From Anaerolineae bacterium (GTDB lineage Bacteria > Chloroflexota > Anaerolineae > J036 > Brachytrichaceae): a stretch of 64,000 nt of DNA. Each line of letters starts with the position of its first letter. Position 1 is the stretch's first letter. Positions 36,895-46,423 of this stretch are shown here, piece by piece. Position numbers and translations under genes: made by a program. Location: NCBI GenBank assembly GCA_023511655.1, contig JAIMBB010000002.1, forward strand, positions 928 through 64,927, written 5' to 3'. A model generated the notes under the pieces. The model saw nothing but the letters and a program-made list of their open reading frames with translations. It made no database searches and was not told where the DNA came from.

Positions 36895-38421
36895 GTGGCT
36901 ATCCAAATCTCCAAACTGAGCTATACCTACACCGGCCGCGCCGAGCCTGCCTTGCGCGAAGTGTCGTTGACCTTCCGCCCGGGGGAGGTGGCGCTGATCG
37001 TCGGCCAAAGCGGGAGTGGAAAGACCACGCTCGCCCGCTGCATCAACGGCCTGATTCCACACAGCTACAAGAACGGAACACTTGTCGGCGAGATTCGTTG
37101 CTATGAAAAGTCTACTGCCGGACTGTCGCTGGCACAACTGGCCCGCCTCATCGGCACCGTGATGCAGGATCCGGACAAGCAGATCGTCGCCACGCGCGTC
37201 TTCAACGAAATCGCCTTTGGACTGGAGAATCTCGGCCTGTCCCGCGATGACATCCGCGCACGAGTGCATGAAGCTGCGGAATATCTGCACATCCCTCATC
37301 TGCTCGACCGCGAGACCCACACGCTGAGCGGCGGCGAGCTGCAGAAGGTGGTGATCGCCGGCGCGTTGGCCATGCGTCCGCGCACCCTGTTGCTCGATGA
37401 GCCGCTGTCCTCGCTCGATCCACCCTCGGCGCGCGACGCGCTGGCGCTCTTTCGCCGTTTGGCCGATGCTGACATGGCGGTTGTGATGATCGAACACCGC
37501 GTGCGCGATGCGCTGCGCATCACGCCTGAGCATGGGGTGGCGCTGCACCAGGGCGCGGTGGTGTTCGACGGCGACGCGGCCGGCCTGCGCGCCTGGATGC
37601 GCGCCCAGCGCAATGGCCGGCCGACGCCGCGCCTGCCCGCTCGCTCGGTCGCAGCTCAGGGCGAGCCGCTAATCTCCTTCCGCCAGGTTCGCTTTGCCTA
37701 TCCCGGATCGCCGCAAGAGCAACTGCGCGGCGTCTCGTTCGACGTGCGCGCGGGCGATGTGATTGCGCTGATGGGGCCGAACGGCGCCGGCAAGTCCACC
37801 CTGTGCAAAACGGCCATCGGCCTCTTGCGCCCTTCCGCCGGGCGGGTGATCGTAGCGGGCGAGGATGCGGCGCGCTTCACTGTCGCGCAGATCGTGCGCA
37901 AGATGGGCTACGTCTTCCAGAATCCGGCGGCCATGCTCTTCGCCAACACGCTGCGCGAGGAGTTGAGCTTCGGCCCGCGCAACGTGGGCATGTCCGAAGA
38001 CCGCATCGTCGCGACCATCGCGCGGGTTCTGGAGACGGTGGGATTGGGCCACCTGTCGCTCGACCAATCGCCGTTCGGCCTGAGCTTTGGGCAGCAGAAG
38101 CGCATCGCGCTGGCCGGCGTGCTGGCCATGCAGCCGGACGTGCTCATCCTGGACGAGCCAACCGCGGGGCTGGACGATGGCACGGCCGAGGACCTGATAC
38201 AGCGCCTGCTGACGGCGGAGCATGGTCCGCAGGCCATCGTGATGGTGACGCACGACCTGAGCCTGGCGCATCGCTTTGCCAACCGCGTCGTCCTGGTGGC
38301 CGATGGACAGGTGGTGGCCGATGGTTCGCCGACCGAGATCCTCGAAAGCGCAGACACGATGCGACGAGCGCGACTGGATCCGGTCGTCGTGTCGGCAGAT
38401 GATCAATCTCTGGATGGTTGA
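36895..38421 (+). CDS. ECF transporter ATPase, fused EcfA1-EcfA2 (start uncertain)
   Basis: Two NBDs (GQSGSGKT / LSGGELQ and GPNGAGKS / LSFGQQK). GTG 36895 gives the typical AIQISKLSYTY N-terminus. Confidence 0.85.
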   Translation: MAIQISKLSYTYTGRAEPALREVSLTFRPGEVALIVGQSGSGKTTLARCINGLIPHSYKNGTLVGEIRCYEKSTAGLSLAQLARLIGTVMQDPDKQIVATRVFNEIAFGLENLGLSRDDIRARVHEAAEYLHIPHLLDRETHTLSGGELQKVVIAGALAMRPRTLLLDEPLSSLDPPSARDALALFRRLADADMAVVMIEHRVRDALRITPEHGVALHQGAVVFDGDAAGLRAWMRAQRNGRPTPRLPARSVAAQGEPLISFRQVRFAYPGSPQEQLRGVSFDVRAGDVIALMGPNGAGKSTLCKTAIGLLRPSAGRVIVAGEDAARFTVAQIVRKMGYVFQNPAAMLFANTLREELSFGPRNVGMSEDRIVATIARVLETVGLGHLSLDQSPFGLSFGQQKRIALAGVLAMQPDVLILDEPTAGLDDGTAEDLIQRLLTAEHGPQAIVMVTHDLSLAHRFANRVVLVADGQVVADGSPTEILESADTMRRARLDPVVVSADDQSLDG

Positions 38422-38428
38422 AGTGAAC

Positions 38429-39124
38429 ATGCAGACGTTCGACCCACGGGCGCGGGTGACCTTCTATGCGTGTCTGACCACAGCCGTGCTGCTGGTGAAC
38501 GACTTGCGCGTCCTGGCCGGCCTGGCGATGCTAGGCGGTGGTGTGCTGCTCTTTGCGCGCGTGCCGTGGGAACGCATCAAGCGCATCTGGCTTGGGGTGG
38601 TCATTTTCATTGCGCTGATCACCGCGCTGAACCTGCTCTTCCGCACGCCGCTGGAAGCAGCGCAGCAGGCGCTGCGTGCCGTGGCGATGGCGTCGTCATC
38701 GCTCGCCATTGTGCTCACCTTCGATCCGGCCTACCTCGGCGTCACCTTCCGCCGCATGGGCTTCCCGGATAAATTCGCGTTCGCGCTCGATCTGACTGCG
38801 CGCTTCGTGCCCACCCTGATGCGCGACTTTCGCATCACGATAGATGCGCAACGGGCGCGCGGCTACGAGCTGGAATCGCGCGATCGCAGCTTGAAGGGCA
38901 TCCTGACCGTCGGGCGGCGCTTCGTGCCGCTCATCGTGCCGGTCGTGGTGCGCGCCGTCCTGGATGCCGAAGATCGCGCCAACGCCATGGATCTGCGCGC
39001 GTTCGGCACCGGGCCGCGCACCTGGCTGCAAACGCTGCGCCTGGGGCTGCCCGATTACGTCCTGATCGCAGCGTCGTTCGCCTTGCTGGCCGGGGCCATC
39101 GCTGCTCGTCTGGTGCTGGGCTGA
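38429..39124 (+). CDS. ecfT: ECF transporter transmembrane T component
   Basis: CbiQ/EcfT family. Contains the conserved ARGxxxxx coupling motif region (AQRARGYEL) and lies immediately after the ATPase. Confidence 0.85.
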   Translation: MQTFDPRARVTFYACLTTAVLLVNDLRVLAGLAMLGGGVLLFARVPWERIKRIWLGVVIFIALITALNLLFRTPLEAAQQALRAVAMASSSLAIVLTFDPAYLGVTFRRMGFPDKFAFALDLTARFVPTLMRDFRITIDAQRARGYELESRDRSLKGILTVGRRFVPLIVPVVVRAVLDAEDRANAMDLRAFGTGPRTWLQTLRLGLPDYVLIAASFALLAGAIAARLVLG

Positions 39125-39131
39125 GCCGCGA

Positions 39132-40598
39132 TCAACTCTTGAGGATTTGCTGGCGCGCCGCTTCCACATCTTCTTTGCTGGCCAGCAGCGTCAGCGTATC
39201 GTTGGCTTCGATCACCGTGCTGCCGGTGGGCACGATGTGATCGCCGTTGCGGGTAATCAACACGATCAGCGCGCCTTCCGGCAGGTGCAGATCCACAATC
39301 TGCTTGCCGACCGCCGGCGATGTCGCGCTGATGCGGATGTCCATCGGCCGGGCGTTCGAACCGTCTATCACCCGGATGGTGGGCGGGATTCGCTTTTGCT
39401 CGGGCAGGTTCAGGCCAAGCCATTGTGCCACCGGCGTCACCATTGTGCCCTGGATCAGCACCGACGTCAGCACCACGAAGAAGACCAGGTTGAAGATGGT
39501 GCCGGCCGGCGGCAGACCGGCCACCAGTGGAAAGGTGGCCAGGATGATCGGCGCGGCGCCGCGCAAGCCGACCCACGAGATGAGCACCAGTTCGCGCAGC
39601 GACATGCGCGCCCAAAACAGCGAGGCGAAGACGGCTGCCGGCCGCGCTACAAAGATCAGGAAGGCCGAGCTGAGCATGGCCACGCCGGTGAGCGGAACGA
39701 GCTGCGACGGAAAGACCAGCAAGCCCAGGGTGAGGAACATCGCGATCTGCATCAGCCAGGCCAGGCCATCGTGGAAGCGCAGCAGGCTGCGTTTGTGAAT
39801 GAAGTCCCGATTGCCCATGAACAAGCCGCACAGATACACCGCCAGGAAGCCGTTGCCGCCGGCCAGCGCAGTGGCGCTGTAGGCGACGAGCACGATGGTG
39901 ATGGTGATGATCACATACAGCCCTTCGGCCTGCAGCCTGATCCGGTTCATCAACCGCACGCCGGCGTAGCCGATCGCCAGCCCAAACCCCGCGCCGAGCG
40001 ACATTTGCAGCACGAACATCGGCACCAGGCCGAGGATGCCGGCGCCTGGCGTGGTCAGCAGGCTGATCATGCCCAGCGTGAGGAAGACAGCCATCGGATC
40101 GTTGCTGCCGGATTCCAGCTCGATGAGCGGTTCCAGGTTGCCGGCCAGCCGGTTGGCGCGCATGCGCATCAGGCTGAAAACCGCCGCCGCGTCGGTAGAC
40201 GAGATCACTGCGCCGAACAGCATCCCTTCCGGCAGCGAGAAGCCCAGCACGGCCGTGGCGAACAACCCCACTGCCAGGGCAGTGACGAACACACCGATCG
40301 TCGCCAGCGCCAGGCCGTGTCTCCATACCGGCTTCACCGAAGGCCATGACGTGTCCAGGCCCCCCGAAAACAGGATGAAGATGAACGCGATCACGCCGAC
40401 TGACTGCGCCAGTCGTACGTCGTCGAACTGGATGCCGCCCAGCCCCTCAGAGCCGGCCAGCATACCGATGGCGAGGAACAGCACCAGCGATGGCACGCCC
40501 AGTATGCTGGATGCTTTGCTCGCCAGCACGCTCAGAGCGAGCAACCCGGCGACGATCAGCAACACTTGTTCGATCGGCAGGGGAGTCGTCAGTGGCAT
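39132..40598 (-). CDS. K+/H+ antiporter (CPA1, NhaP2-type) with C-terminal TrkA-C domain
   Basis: 488 aa. About 12 TM helices plus a soluble RCK_C-like tail (VIEANDTLTLLASKEDVEA). Confidence 0.85.
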   Translation of the reverse strand: MPLTTPLPIEQVLLIVAGLLALSVLASKASSILGVPSLVLFLAIGMLAGSEGLGGIQFDDVRLAQSVGVIAFIFILFSGGLDTSWPSVKPVWRHGLALATIGVFVTALAVGLFATAVLGFSLPEGMLFGAVISSTDAAAVFSLMRMRANRLAGNLEPLIELESGSNDPMAVFLTLGMISLLTTPGAGILGLVPMFVLQMSLGAGFGLAIGYAGVRLMNRIRLQAEGLYVIITITIVLVAYSATALAGGNGFLAVYLCGLFMGNRDFIHKRSLLRFHDGLAWLMQIAMFLTLGLLVFPSQLVPLTGVAMLSSAFLIFVARPAAVFASLFWARMSLRELVLISWVGLRGAAPIILATFPLVAGLPPAGTIFNLVFFVVLTSVLIQGTMVTPVAQWLGLNLPEQKRIPPTIRVIDGSNARPMDIRISATSPAVGKQIVDLHLPEGALIVLITRNGDHIVPTGSTVIEANDTLTLLASKEDVEAARQQILKS

Positions 40599-40611
40599 GG
40601 TGGTGAGAGTC

Positions 40612-41604
40612 CTACGCTCGCCGGTCAGGTTGTGCCTTGGGCGATATGTGCCTTCCTGTTGCGACTGGTTGGGGCAAGTCGCGCTCTACGGAGTGACCAG
40701 GGGGCTCCACGAATGGGCGCGATCCGGGTGGGCCGGGTGGCAAGCTGCGGGGCGTATAGCGCCGCGGGTAGTGCACCACGTTTGGTTTGGGGTGAGCCAG
40801 GTAGGCGCGCATCGTGCGCTCGCCTTCGGCAAGCATTTCCTCGGTCTTCGAAAAGTCGCCCAGTTGCAGGTTAGGATAGGCTCGCAGTGCAATATGATGC
40901 ACGGTGACCCCAGGAGTCTGAACCGCGGCTTCCAGCTCGCGCAGCGCCAGGCTATAGAGCGATCGCTTGATGGCATACCCTGCAATGTCGAGAGCACCTT
41001 TGAACGTCAGGCCGGCATCCACCTCGAAGGCTAGGTCGAGCGCCCAGATCTCGGTCGCGCCATGGGCCAGCGCCACTTTGATCGGCAGATTGGACATCAC
41101 GCCGCCATCCACGAATGCCTGGCCGTTGTGATAAGTGGGGGGAAAGAAGCCAGGCACGGCCGCGCTGGTGAGCACGGCGTCAATCAGAGGGGCATTCGGG
41201 TCATCGCCATACACATAGAGCGTTTGGGTGAGCAGATGACAGATCGTCACGTAGAGCGGGACCTGCAAATCGCCGAACGAGCGCACGCCTTGGGGCAGCG
41301 ATGCTTCGATGTAGGCCCGGATGCGTCGGTTGTCGGTCAGGTGGTCGCTGCCGCGCAGCGCCCTGAGGACGGCGCGCACAGGGGTAGTGCCGAACAGCTT
41401 GCGCCGGCCGGCGTCGCGCCACAGCGCAATCATGCGCCCAGCTTGCGCGACCGTCGGTTCGGCGGCCAGATATGCGCCGTTCAATGCGCCCACCGAGGAA
41501 CCGACGATCATCTCGGGCAAGATATTGTGTTCCAGCAGGGCCTTGATGGCGCCGGCTTGCAAAGGGCCGCGGTTGCCGCCGCCGGAGAGGACGAAGGTGC
41601 GCAT
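40612..41604 (-). CDS. Patatin-like phospholipase
   Basis: Oxyanion hole GGGNRG, nucleophile elbow GSSVG, catalytic Asp in FVDGGV. Confidence 0.85.
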   Translation of the reverse strand: MRTFVLSGGGNRGPLQAGAIKALLEHNILPEMIVGSSVGALNGAYLAAEPTVAQAGRMIALWRDAGRRKLFGTTPVRAVLRALRGSDHLTDNRRIRAYIEASLPQGVRSFGDLQVPLYVTICHLLTQTLYVYGDDPNAPLIDAVLTSAAVPGFFPPTYHNGQAFVDGGVMSNLPIKVALAHGATEIWALDLAFEVDAGLTFKGALDIAGYAIKRSLYSLALRELEAAVQTPGVTVHHIALRAYPNLQLGDFSKTEEMLAEGERTMRAYLAHPKPNVVHYPRRYTPRSLPPGPPGSRPFVEPPGHSVERDLPQPVATGRHISPKAQPDRRA

Positions 41605-41633
41605 GAAGCGAAATATAAACGCCGGACGAATAA

Positions 41634-41658
41634 CCCCGGTTTCTTCAAGAAACCGGGG
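41634..41658 (-). terminator. 10-bp GC-rich hairpin after the ftsH-like gene
   Basis: CCCCGGTTTC, a 5-nt loop, GAAACCGGGG. T-rich flanks on both strands. Confidence 0.5.
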
Positions 41659-41698
41659 TCTTGTTTTACACGGGCCTATAGCATTGGCTTCTGCGACG

Positions 41699-43816
41699 TC
41701 ACTTTTGTTCGGGCTGCGGCGGCTCCGGATCCTGGTCGTTGACGATCTCCGGCGTGAAGTTGCCGATGCCGCTGCTGATCAGGGTCGGTCCATCGCTGGA
41801 TTGGCTACCGGCACCCGAATCGTTCCCAGTCACTGGAGACGGTTGATGGGGTGAGCTGCCGTTCGATGCACCGTTGATGATCACGACCGGCTCATCGCTA
41901 TCCGTGGCTCGCTCGGCCGAGCCGTTGACTTCCACGGGGGCGGGAACAGGCTCATTCAGCAGTTGGCCGCCGCTCTTGCCGCTGCGCAGCTCGGCCAGCG
42001 TCTGGGCCCGGATGGCCGCCAGCGTGCGCGGGATGATCTCCTCTTCCTTGAAGGCTTCCAGGCTCTGGTTGGCCTCGATGATCTCGACCACTTCCTTGCC
42101 GTTCAGCGTGTTCTTGGCAAGGAGTTCTTCGGCCAGGGCGGTCACTTCCTTCCAGTGCCGGCGGAGCAGCTTTTCGGTCACCTGCTCCATTTGCAACCAG
42201 TATTTCTCGAGAACCTCGTCCTGGGCCATGGCGGCGGCGATGTTGTCGGCGCCGAACCCGCCGAAGCGCATGGCCATGCGTGGGCCGAAATAGCCGTACA
42301 CGGCCAGCTTCCACAGGTTGATCTGCACATTGCGGTAGTCGCCGCCGGTCGAGGCGAAGATCTCGCCCGTCAGGATCTTCTCCGCAGCGCGCCCGGCCAG
42401 CGATACGATGATGTCGTAAGCGTAGCGCATCACCGGCTCGATGTGCTGGTCTATGGTGTCCACCGGCATCACGTGGCCCTGTGCGCCGGTGGACAGGCGC
42501 ACGATGGTCGCGCGCACGATCTTCTGATCGGGCATGACGTAGTATTGAGCCACGGCGTGGCCGGCTTCGTGATAGGCCAGCACGCGGCGCTGCGACTCCT
42601 CCATCTCCTCCACCGGCGTTTCGATGCCGACGGTCTGCTCCATGAAGGCCTTGTCAATATCTTTCTGGCTCACCTTCTTGCGGCCGTCGAAGAACGCCAG
42701 GCGGACGGCGTCTTTGGTGATGGCGCCGGAGATGTCGGCGGGGGTCATGCCTGCCGTGTCCGCCACGATCGCCTCGACGTCCACTGTGTCATCGTGCTGA
42801 ATCTTGCTCAGGTAGCCCTGAATGATCAGCCGGCGGCTGGCGCGGTCGGGCGCCTCCACGGCGATCTTGGTGTCCAGCCGGCCGGAGCGGGTGAGCGCCG
42901 GGTCGAGCACGTCGGGACGGTTGGTGCTGCCCATCCACATCACGTGCCAGTTGCGCTTGGGCTTGTATTGCTTGCCGAAGGTGCGGTAGACGCGCCGCCA
43001 GAACTTCTCGCTGCGCGAGGGCTGGTTCATGCCGTCCATCTGGCTGAGCAGGGTGGACAGGGCGAACATGCCCAGGCCGAAGCCGGTGAACGAACCCATC
43101 ATCGGCCCGCCCCCGCGCACGCCGCCGCGGTTCATGCCCACGGCGTCAATCTCGTCAATGTAGGCCACGCACGCGCCGTATTTCTTAGCCAGGTCGCGCG
43201 CGTATTTGCAGAAGCGCAGCACCTTCAAAATATCCATGCCCCAGAACATGCCCTGGAAGCTGGTACCCTGCGCGCTGATGAAGGCCATGCCCGATTCGCC
43301 GGCGATGGCCTTGGCCAGCATGGTCTTGCCAGTGCCGGGCGGTCCATACAGCAGCAACCCGCTGATGTACTTGCCGCCCATCTTCTCGAATTCCTTGCGG
43401 TCGCGCAGCAGGCTCATCCATTGCTTGACCAGCTTGACGAGCTGCGGCTGGCCCCAGTAGTCGTCGAACGTCACTGTGGTGTCGTCGCCGGGGCGGATGA
43501 TTTCGACCTGGGGGCGAGAGAGGAACCAGAACAGCAGGCCGAACTGCAGAATGATGCTCAGCAGCACCGCCATGATGCGCAACGATAGATCCAGCGCCAG
43601 CCCGACGGCGCTGAAGAACATGTTCAGCGACACGTCGTCAATCGTGGCCAGCATGTAGATCGTAATCGCGATGCTGACGAGGATGAAGATTTTGATGAAG
43701 CTCCGAATCGCTCGCCGGATGCGGTTGGGCCAGCGGTTATACGGAATGTCTATCTTCTTTTTTTGTTTTTTTGCTTTAGGATCGGACAAGCTCAATGGGC
43801 CTGGGAGGCTCGCCAT
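41699..43816 (-). CDS. Divergent FtsH-like AAA+ zinc metalloprotease
   Basis: 705 aa. Walker A GPPGTGKT, Walker B IDEID, STNRPDVLDPAL..GRLD, M41 zinc motif HEAGHAV. Atypical N-terminus, an insertion in the AAA module, and a long low-complexity C-tail. Confidence 0.8.
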   Translation of the reverse strand: MASLPGPLSLSDPKAKKQKKKIDIPYNRWPNRIRRAIRSFIKIFILVSIAITIYMLATIDDVSLNMFFSAVGLALDLSLRIMAVLLSIILQFGLLFWFLSRPQVEIIRPGDDTTVTFDDYWGQPQLVKLVKQWMSLLRDRKEFEKMGGKYISGLLLYGPPGTGKTMLAKAIAGESGMAFISAQGTSFQGMFWGMDILKVLRFCKYARDLAKKYGACVAYIDEIDAVGMNRGGVRGGGPMMGSFTGFGLGMFALSTLLSQMDGMNQPSRSEKFWRRVYRTFGKQYKPKRNWHVMWMGSTNRPDVLDPALTRSGRLDTKIAVEAPDRASRRLIIQGYLSKIQHDDTVDVEAIVADTAGMTPADISGAITKDAVRLAFFDGRKKVSQKDIDKAFMEQTVGIETPVEEMEESQRRVLAYHEAGHAVAQYYVMPDQKIVRATIVRLSTGAQGHVMPVDTIDQHIEPVMRYAYDIIVSLAGRAAEKILTGEIFASTGGDYRNVQINLWKLAVYGYFGPRMAMRFGGFGADNIAAAMAQDEVLEKYWLQMEQVTEKLLRRHWKEVTALAEELLAKNTLNGKEVVEIIEANQSLEAFKEEEIIPRTLAAIRAQTLAELRSGKSGGQLLNEPVPAPVEVNGSAERATDSDEPVVIINGASNGSSPHQPSPVTGNDSGAGSQSSDGPTLISSGIGNFTPEIVNDQDPEPPQPEQK

Positions 43817-43915
43817 GAACGGAACTCCTTATGCTCTTCAAATTCGTGCTCGTTGATTGTAGTATTGCCCCAACTCGGAACAAGTTAAATTGGTTTAGAG
43901 TTTGGTGAGAGCATC

Positions 43916-45463
43916 GTGATAATCGTTCTAGGTTTAGGCCCCGGAGATGCGAACCTCCTGACGCGAGAAGCCTGGGAGGTGCTCGCCGCAAGCGAACGGG
44001 TGTACTTGCGGACGCGGCATCACCCGACCGTCGCCAGTTTGCCCCCTCATCTCGCCTTGCACGACTTCGACCACCTCTACGACGGCGCTGCCAGCTTCGA
44101 CGACGTCTACGCGCAGATTGCGGAGGCGGTGATCGAAGCGGCTCGGACGTCGCCCCCGGACGTGGTGTACGCTGTGCCCGGCCATCCGCTCGTTGGCGAA
44201 GCCAGCGTGCGATTGATCCTGAGCCGCGCTCGCCGGCTGGGCATCCCCACCCGCATCGTCGCTGGCCTGAGTTTCATCGAACCTGTGCTGGAGCAGCTTG
44301 TGGAAGCCGCGCTGGGGACGCCGGATTCGTCGTCCACCATCCTCCTGCCGCCGGTGACGGATCCGCTGGATGGCTTGCAGATCTGCGATGCGTTCGAAAT
44401 TGCAGCGCTGCATCACCCGCCGCTGAATCCGGATAAGCCGGCGCTGATCGCTCAGGTCTACTCTCGCGCGGTCGCCTCCGACGTAAAACTGACCCTGATG
44501 AACCAGTATCCGCCTTCGCATCGCGCGATTATCGTGCGCGGCGGCGGGAATAAACGAGGTCAGACCAAGGCGAGGGAGGGGTGTGAGCCTTCGTCCAATG
44601 TGCCCGGTTGTCATGCGGTGACCTTAGCCGAGCTGGACCATGCCGATCTTTTCGACCATCTGACGTCGCTCTACGTGCCACCGCTGCCTCAGCCAGGCGG
44701 ATTCGAGTCGCTGCATGAGACCATCGCTCATCTGCGAGCGCCGGAGGGCTGTCCCTGGGACCGCGAGCAAACGCACGAGTCGCTGCGCAGCACGCTGCTT
44801 GAGGAAGCCTACGAGGTGCTCACCGCGATTGACGCCGGCGACCTCGACGCGCTCAGGGAGGAGCTGGGTGACTTGTTGCTCAACATCGTGCTGCAGGCGC
44901 AGATTGCGACCGAAGCCGAGGAATTCCGCATGAGCGATGTGATCGCCGAGGTGAACGCCAAGCTCAGGCGCCGGCATCCGCATGTGTTCGGCGACGTCGT
45001 CGTCAACGATGCCGGCGAGGTCATTGCCAACTGGCATGCCATCAAGCGCCAGGAGAAGGCGGTCAAGGGCGAAGAGGCCGGTTCGGTCCTCGACGGCATC
45101 GCCCCAGCCCTGCCCGCGCTGGCCCAGGCCCAAAAGATCGCCCATCGCGCCGAAAGGGCTGGCTTCCGGTGGGATAGCCACGCCGATCGCCTGGCCAAGG
45201 TGCGCGAAGAGCTAGAGGAAGTGGTGAACGCGCGCGACAATGCCCACCGTGCCGAGGAGATCGGCGATTTGCTGTTCACCATCGCTGATTGGGCCGACGG
45301 CTATGGCATTGATGCCGAAACTGCTGCGCGCGAGGCCAACCTCAAGTTCGCCCGCCGCTTTCGCGCGCTCGAACGCGTCGTCCGCGAACGCGGCCTGGAC
45401 ATGAGCGCGATGAACCAGGCCGAGATGTTGGCGATCTGGCACGAGATCAAGGGGAGGGAGTAG
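43916..45463 (+). CDS. mazG: Fused tetrapyrrole-methylase-like domain plus MazG NTP pyrophosphohydrolase (YabN-type)
   Basis: N-terminal IIVLGLGPGD...VPGHPLV (TP_methylase fold) and a C-terminal tandem MazG (GCPWDREQTHESL...EE.GDLL). Confidence 0.85.
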   Translation: MIIVLGLGPGDANLLTREAWEVLAASERVYLRTRHHPTVASLPPHLALHDFDHLYDGAASFDDVYAQIAEAVIEAARTSPPDVVYAVPGHPLVGEASVRLILSRARRLGIPTRIVAGLSFIEPVLEQLVEAALGTPDSSSTILLPPVTDPLDGLQICDAFEIAALHHPPLNPDKPALIAQVYSRAVASDVKLTLMNQYPPSHRAIIVRGGGNKRGQTKAREGCEPSSNVPGCHAVTLAELDHADLFDHLTSLYVPPLPQPGGFESLHETIAHLRAPEGCPWDREQTHESLRSTLLEEAYEVLTAIDAGDLDALREELGDLLLNIVLQAQIATEAEEFRMSDVIAEVNAKLRRRHPHVFGDVVVNDAGEVIANWHAIKRQEKAVKGEEAGSVLDGIAPALPALAQAQKIAHRAERAGFRWDSHADRLAKVREELEEVVNARDNAHRAEEIGDLLFTIADWADGYGIDAETAAREANLKFARRFRALERVVRERGLDMSAMNQAEMLAIWHEIKGRE

Positions 45464-45530
45464 GAAAGGTAACGATTGAGTGTCGCATTGCGCCATCCTC
45501 AATCTCCAAATCTGGGCTCTCCTGATCACC

Positions 45531-46367
45531 ATGAAGATCGCGGTCCTGAGCGACATTCACGGCAACTATCCTGCGCTGCTCGCCGTCGCCGAGCACGTCG
45601 AAGCATGGCGTCCGGATCTGGTCGTGGTGGCCGGGGATACCGTCAACCGTGGGCCGCGCTCGGCAGAGTGTCTGGCTTTCGTGCTCGCCAAGGGACGCGA
45701 GGCCGGCTGGCAGACGGTCATCGGCAATCACGAGGAGTATGTCATCGCCCAGAGCAAGCCCGATCACCCAACCAGCGGGCCGCTGGCCGAAATTCAGCGC
45801 GCCTCGCGTTGGACGTATGAAAAGCTTAATCGCGACGTCTCCGCGCTCGAAGCGATGCCGTTTGCGCTCGATCGGCGTGGTCCGAGCGGCGATGATGTGC
45901 GCATCACACATGCTTCGATGCTCGGTACCCGCGACGGCATCTATCCCAGGACCTCCGACGCCGAACTGGTCCCCAAACTCGGTCAGCCCCCGCCGGCGGT
46001 CTTTTGCGTCGGACACACCCATCAACCGCTGACGCGCTCGCTCGATGGCGCGCTGGTCGTCAACGCCGGCTCGGTGGGCTTGCCCTTCGACCGCGACTGG
46101 CGGCCCAGCTATGCCCAGGTGACCTGGTGCCGAGGGCACTGGCAAGCTTGCATTGTGCGTCTGGAATACGATCGGTCGCAGGCAGAACGAGACTTTTACG
46201 AGACCGGCTTTTTGGATGAAGGCGGGCCGCTAGCGCGCCTGATGCTGCGCGAACTACAGATCGCTTCGGGGTTGATCTACAGTTGGTCGAACGAGTTCGA
46301 AAATCCAGTGCTCGCTGGCGAGCTTACCATGGAACAATCGGTCGAGCGCTTCCTACGACGTTATTGA
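45531..46367 (+). CDS. Metallophosphoesterase
   Basis: MKIAVLSDIHGN, GD.VNRGP, GNHE and GHTH motifs. Confidence 0.8.
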   Translation: MKIAVLSDIHGNYPALLAVAEHVEAWRPDLVVVAGDTVNRGPRSAECLAFVLAKGREAGWQTVIGNHEEYVIAQSKPDHPTSGPLAEIQRASRWTYEKLNRDVSALEAMPFALDRRGPSGDDVRITHASMLGTRDGIYPRTSDAELVPKLGQPPPAVFCVGHTHQPLTRSLDGALVVNAGSVGLPFDRDWRPSYAQVTWCRGHWQACIVRLEYDRSQAERDFYETGFLDEGGPLARLMLRELQIASGLIYSWSNEFENPVLAGELTMEQSVERFLRRY

Positions 46368-46423
46368 CCCTTCCGCAGCTTTGAACCTCTCGCCTATCTT
46401 CACCTACGCATAAAATTGGGGCC

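Noticed and set aside
40612-43816. Patatin lipase plus AAA+ protein as a CBASS-like or other anti-phage defence module
   Set aside because: There is no cyclase/nucleotidyltransferase, sensor or other defence-associated gene. The AAA+ protein is clearly FtsH-type with an intact M41 protease. A terminator-like hairpin separates the two genes.
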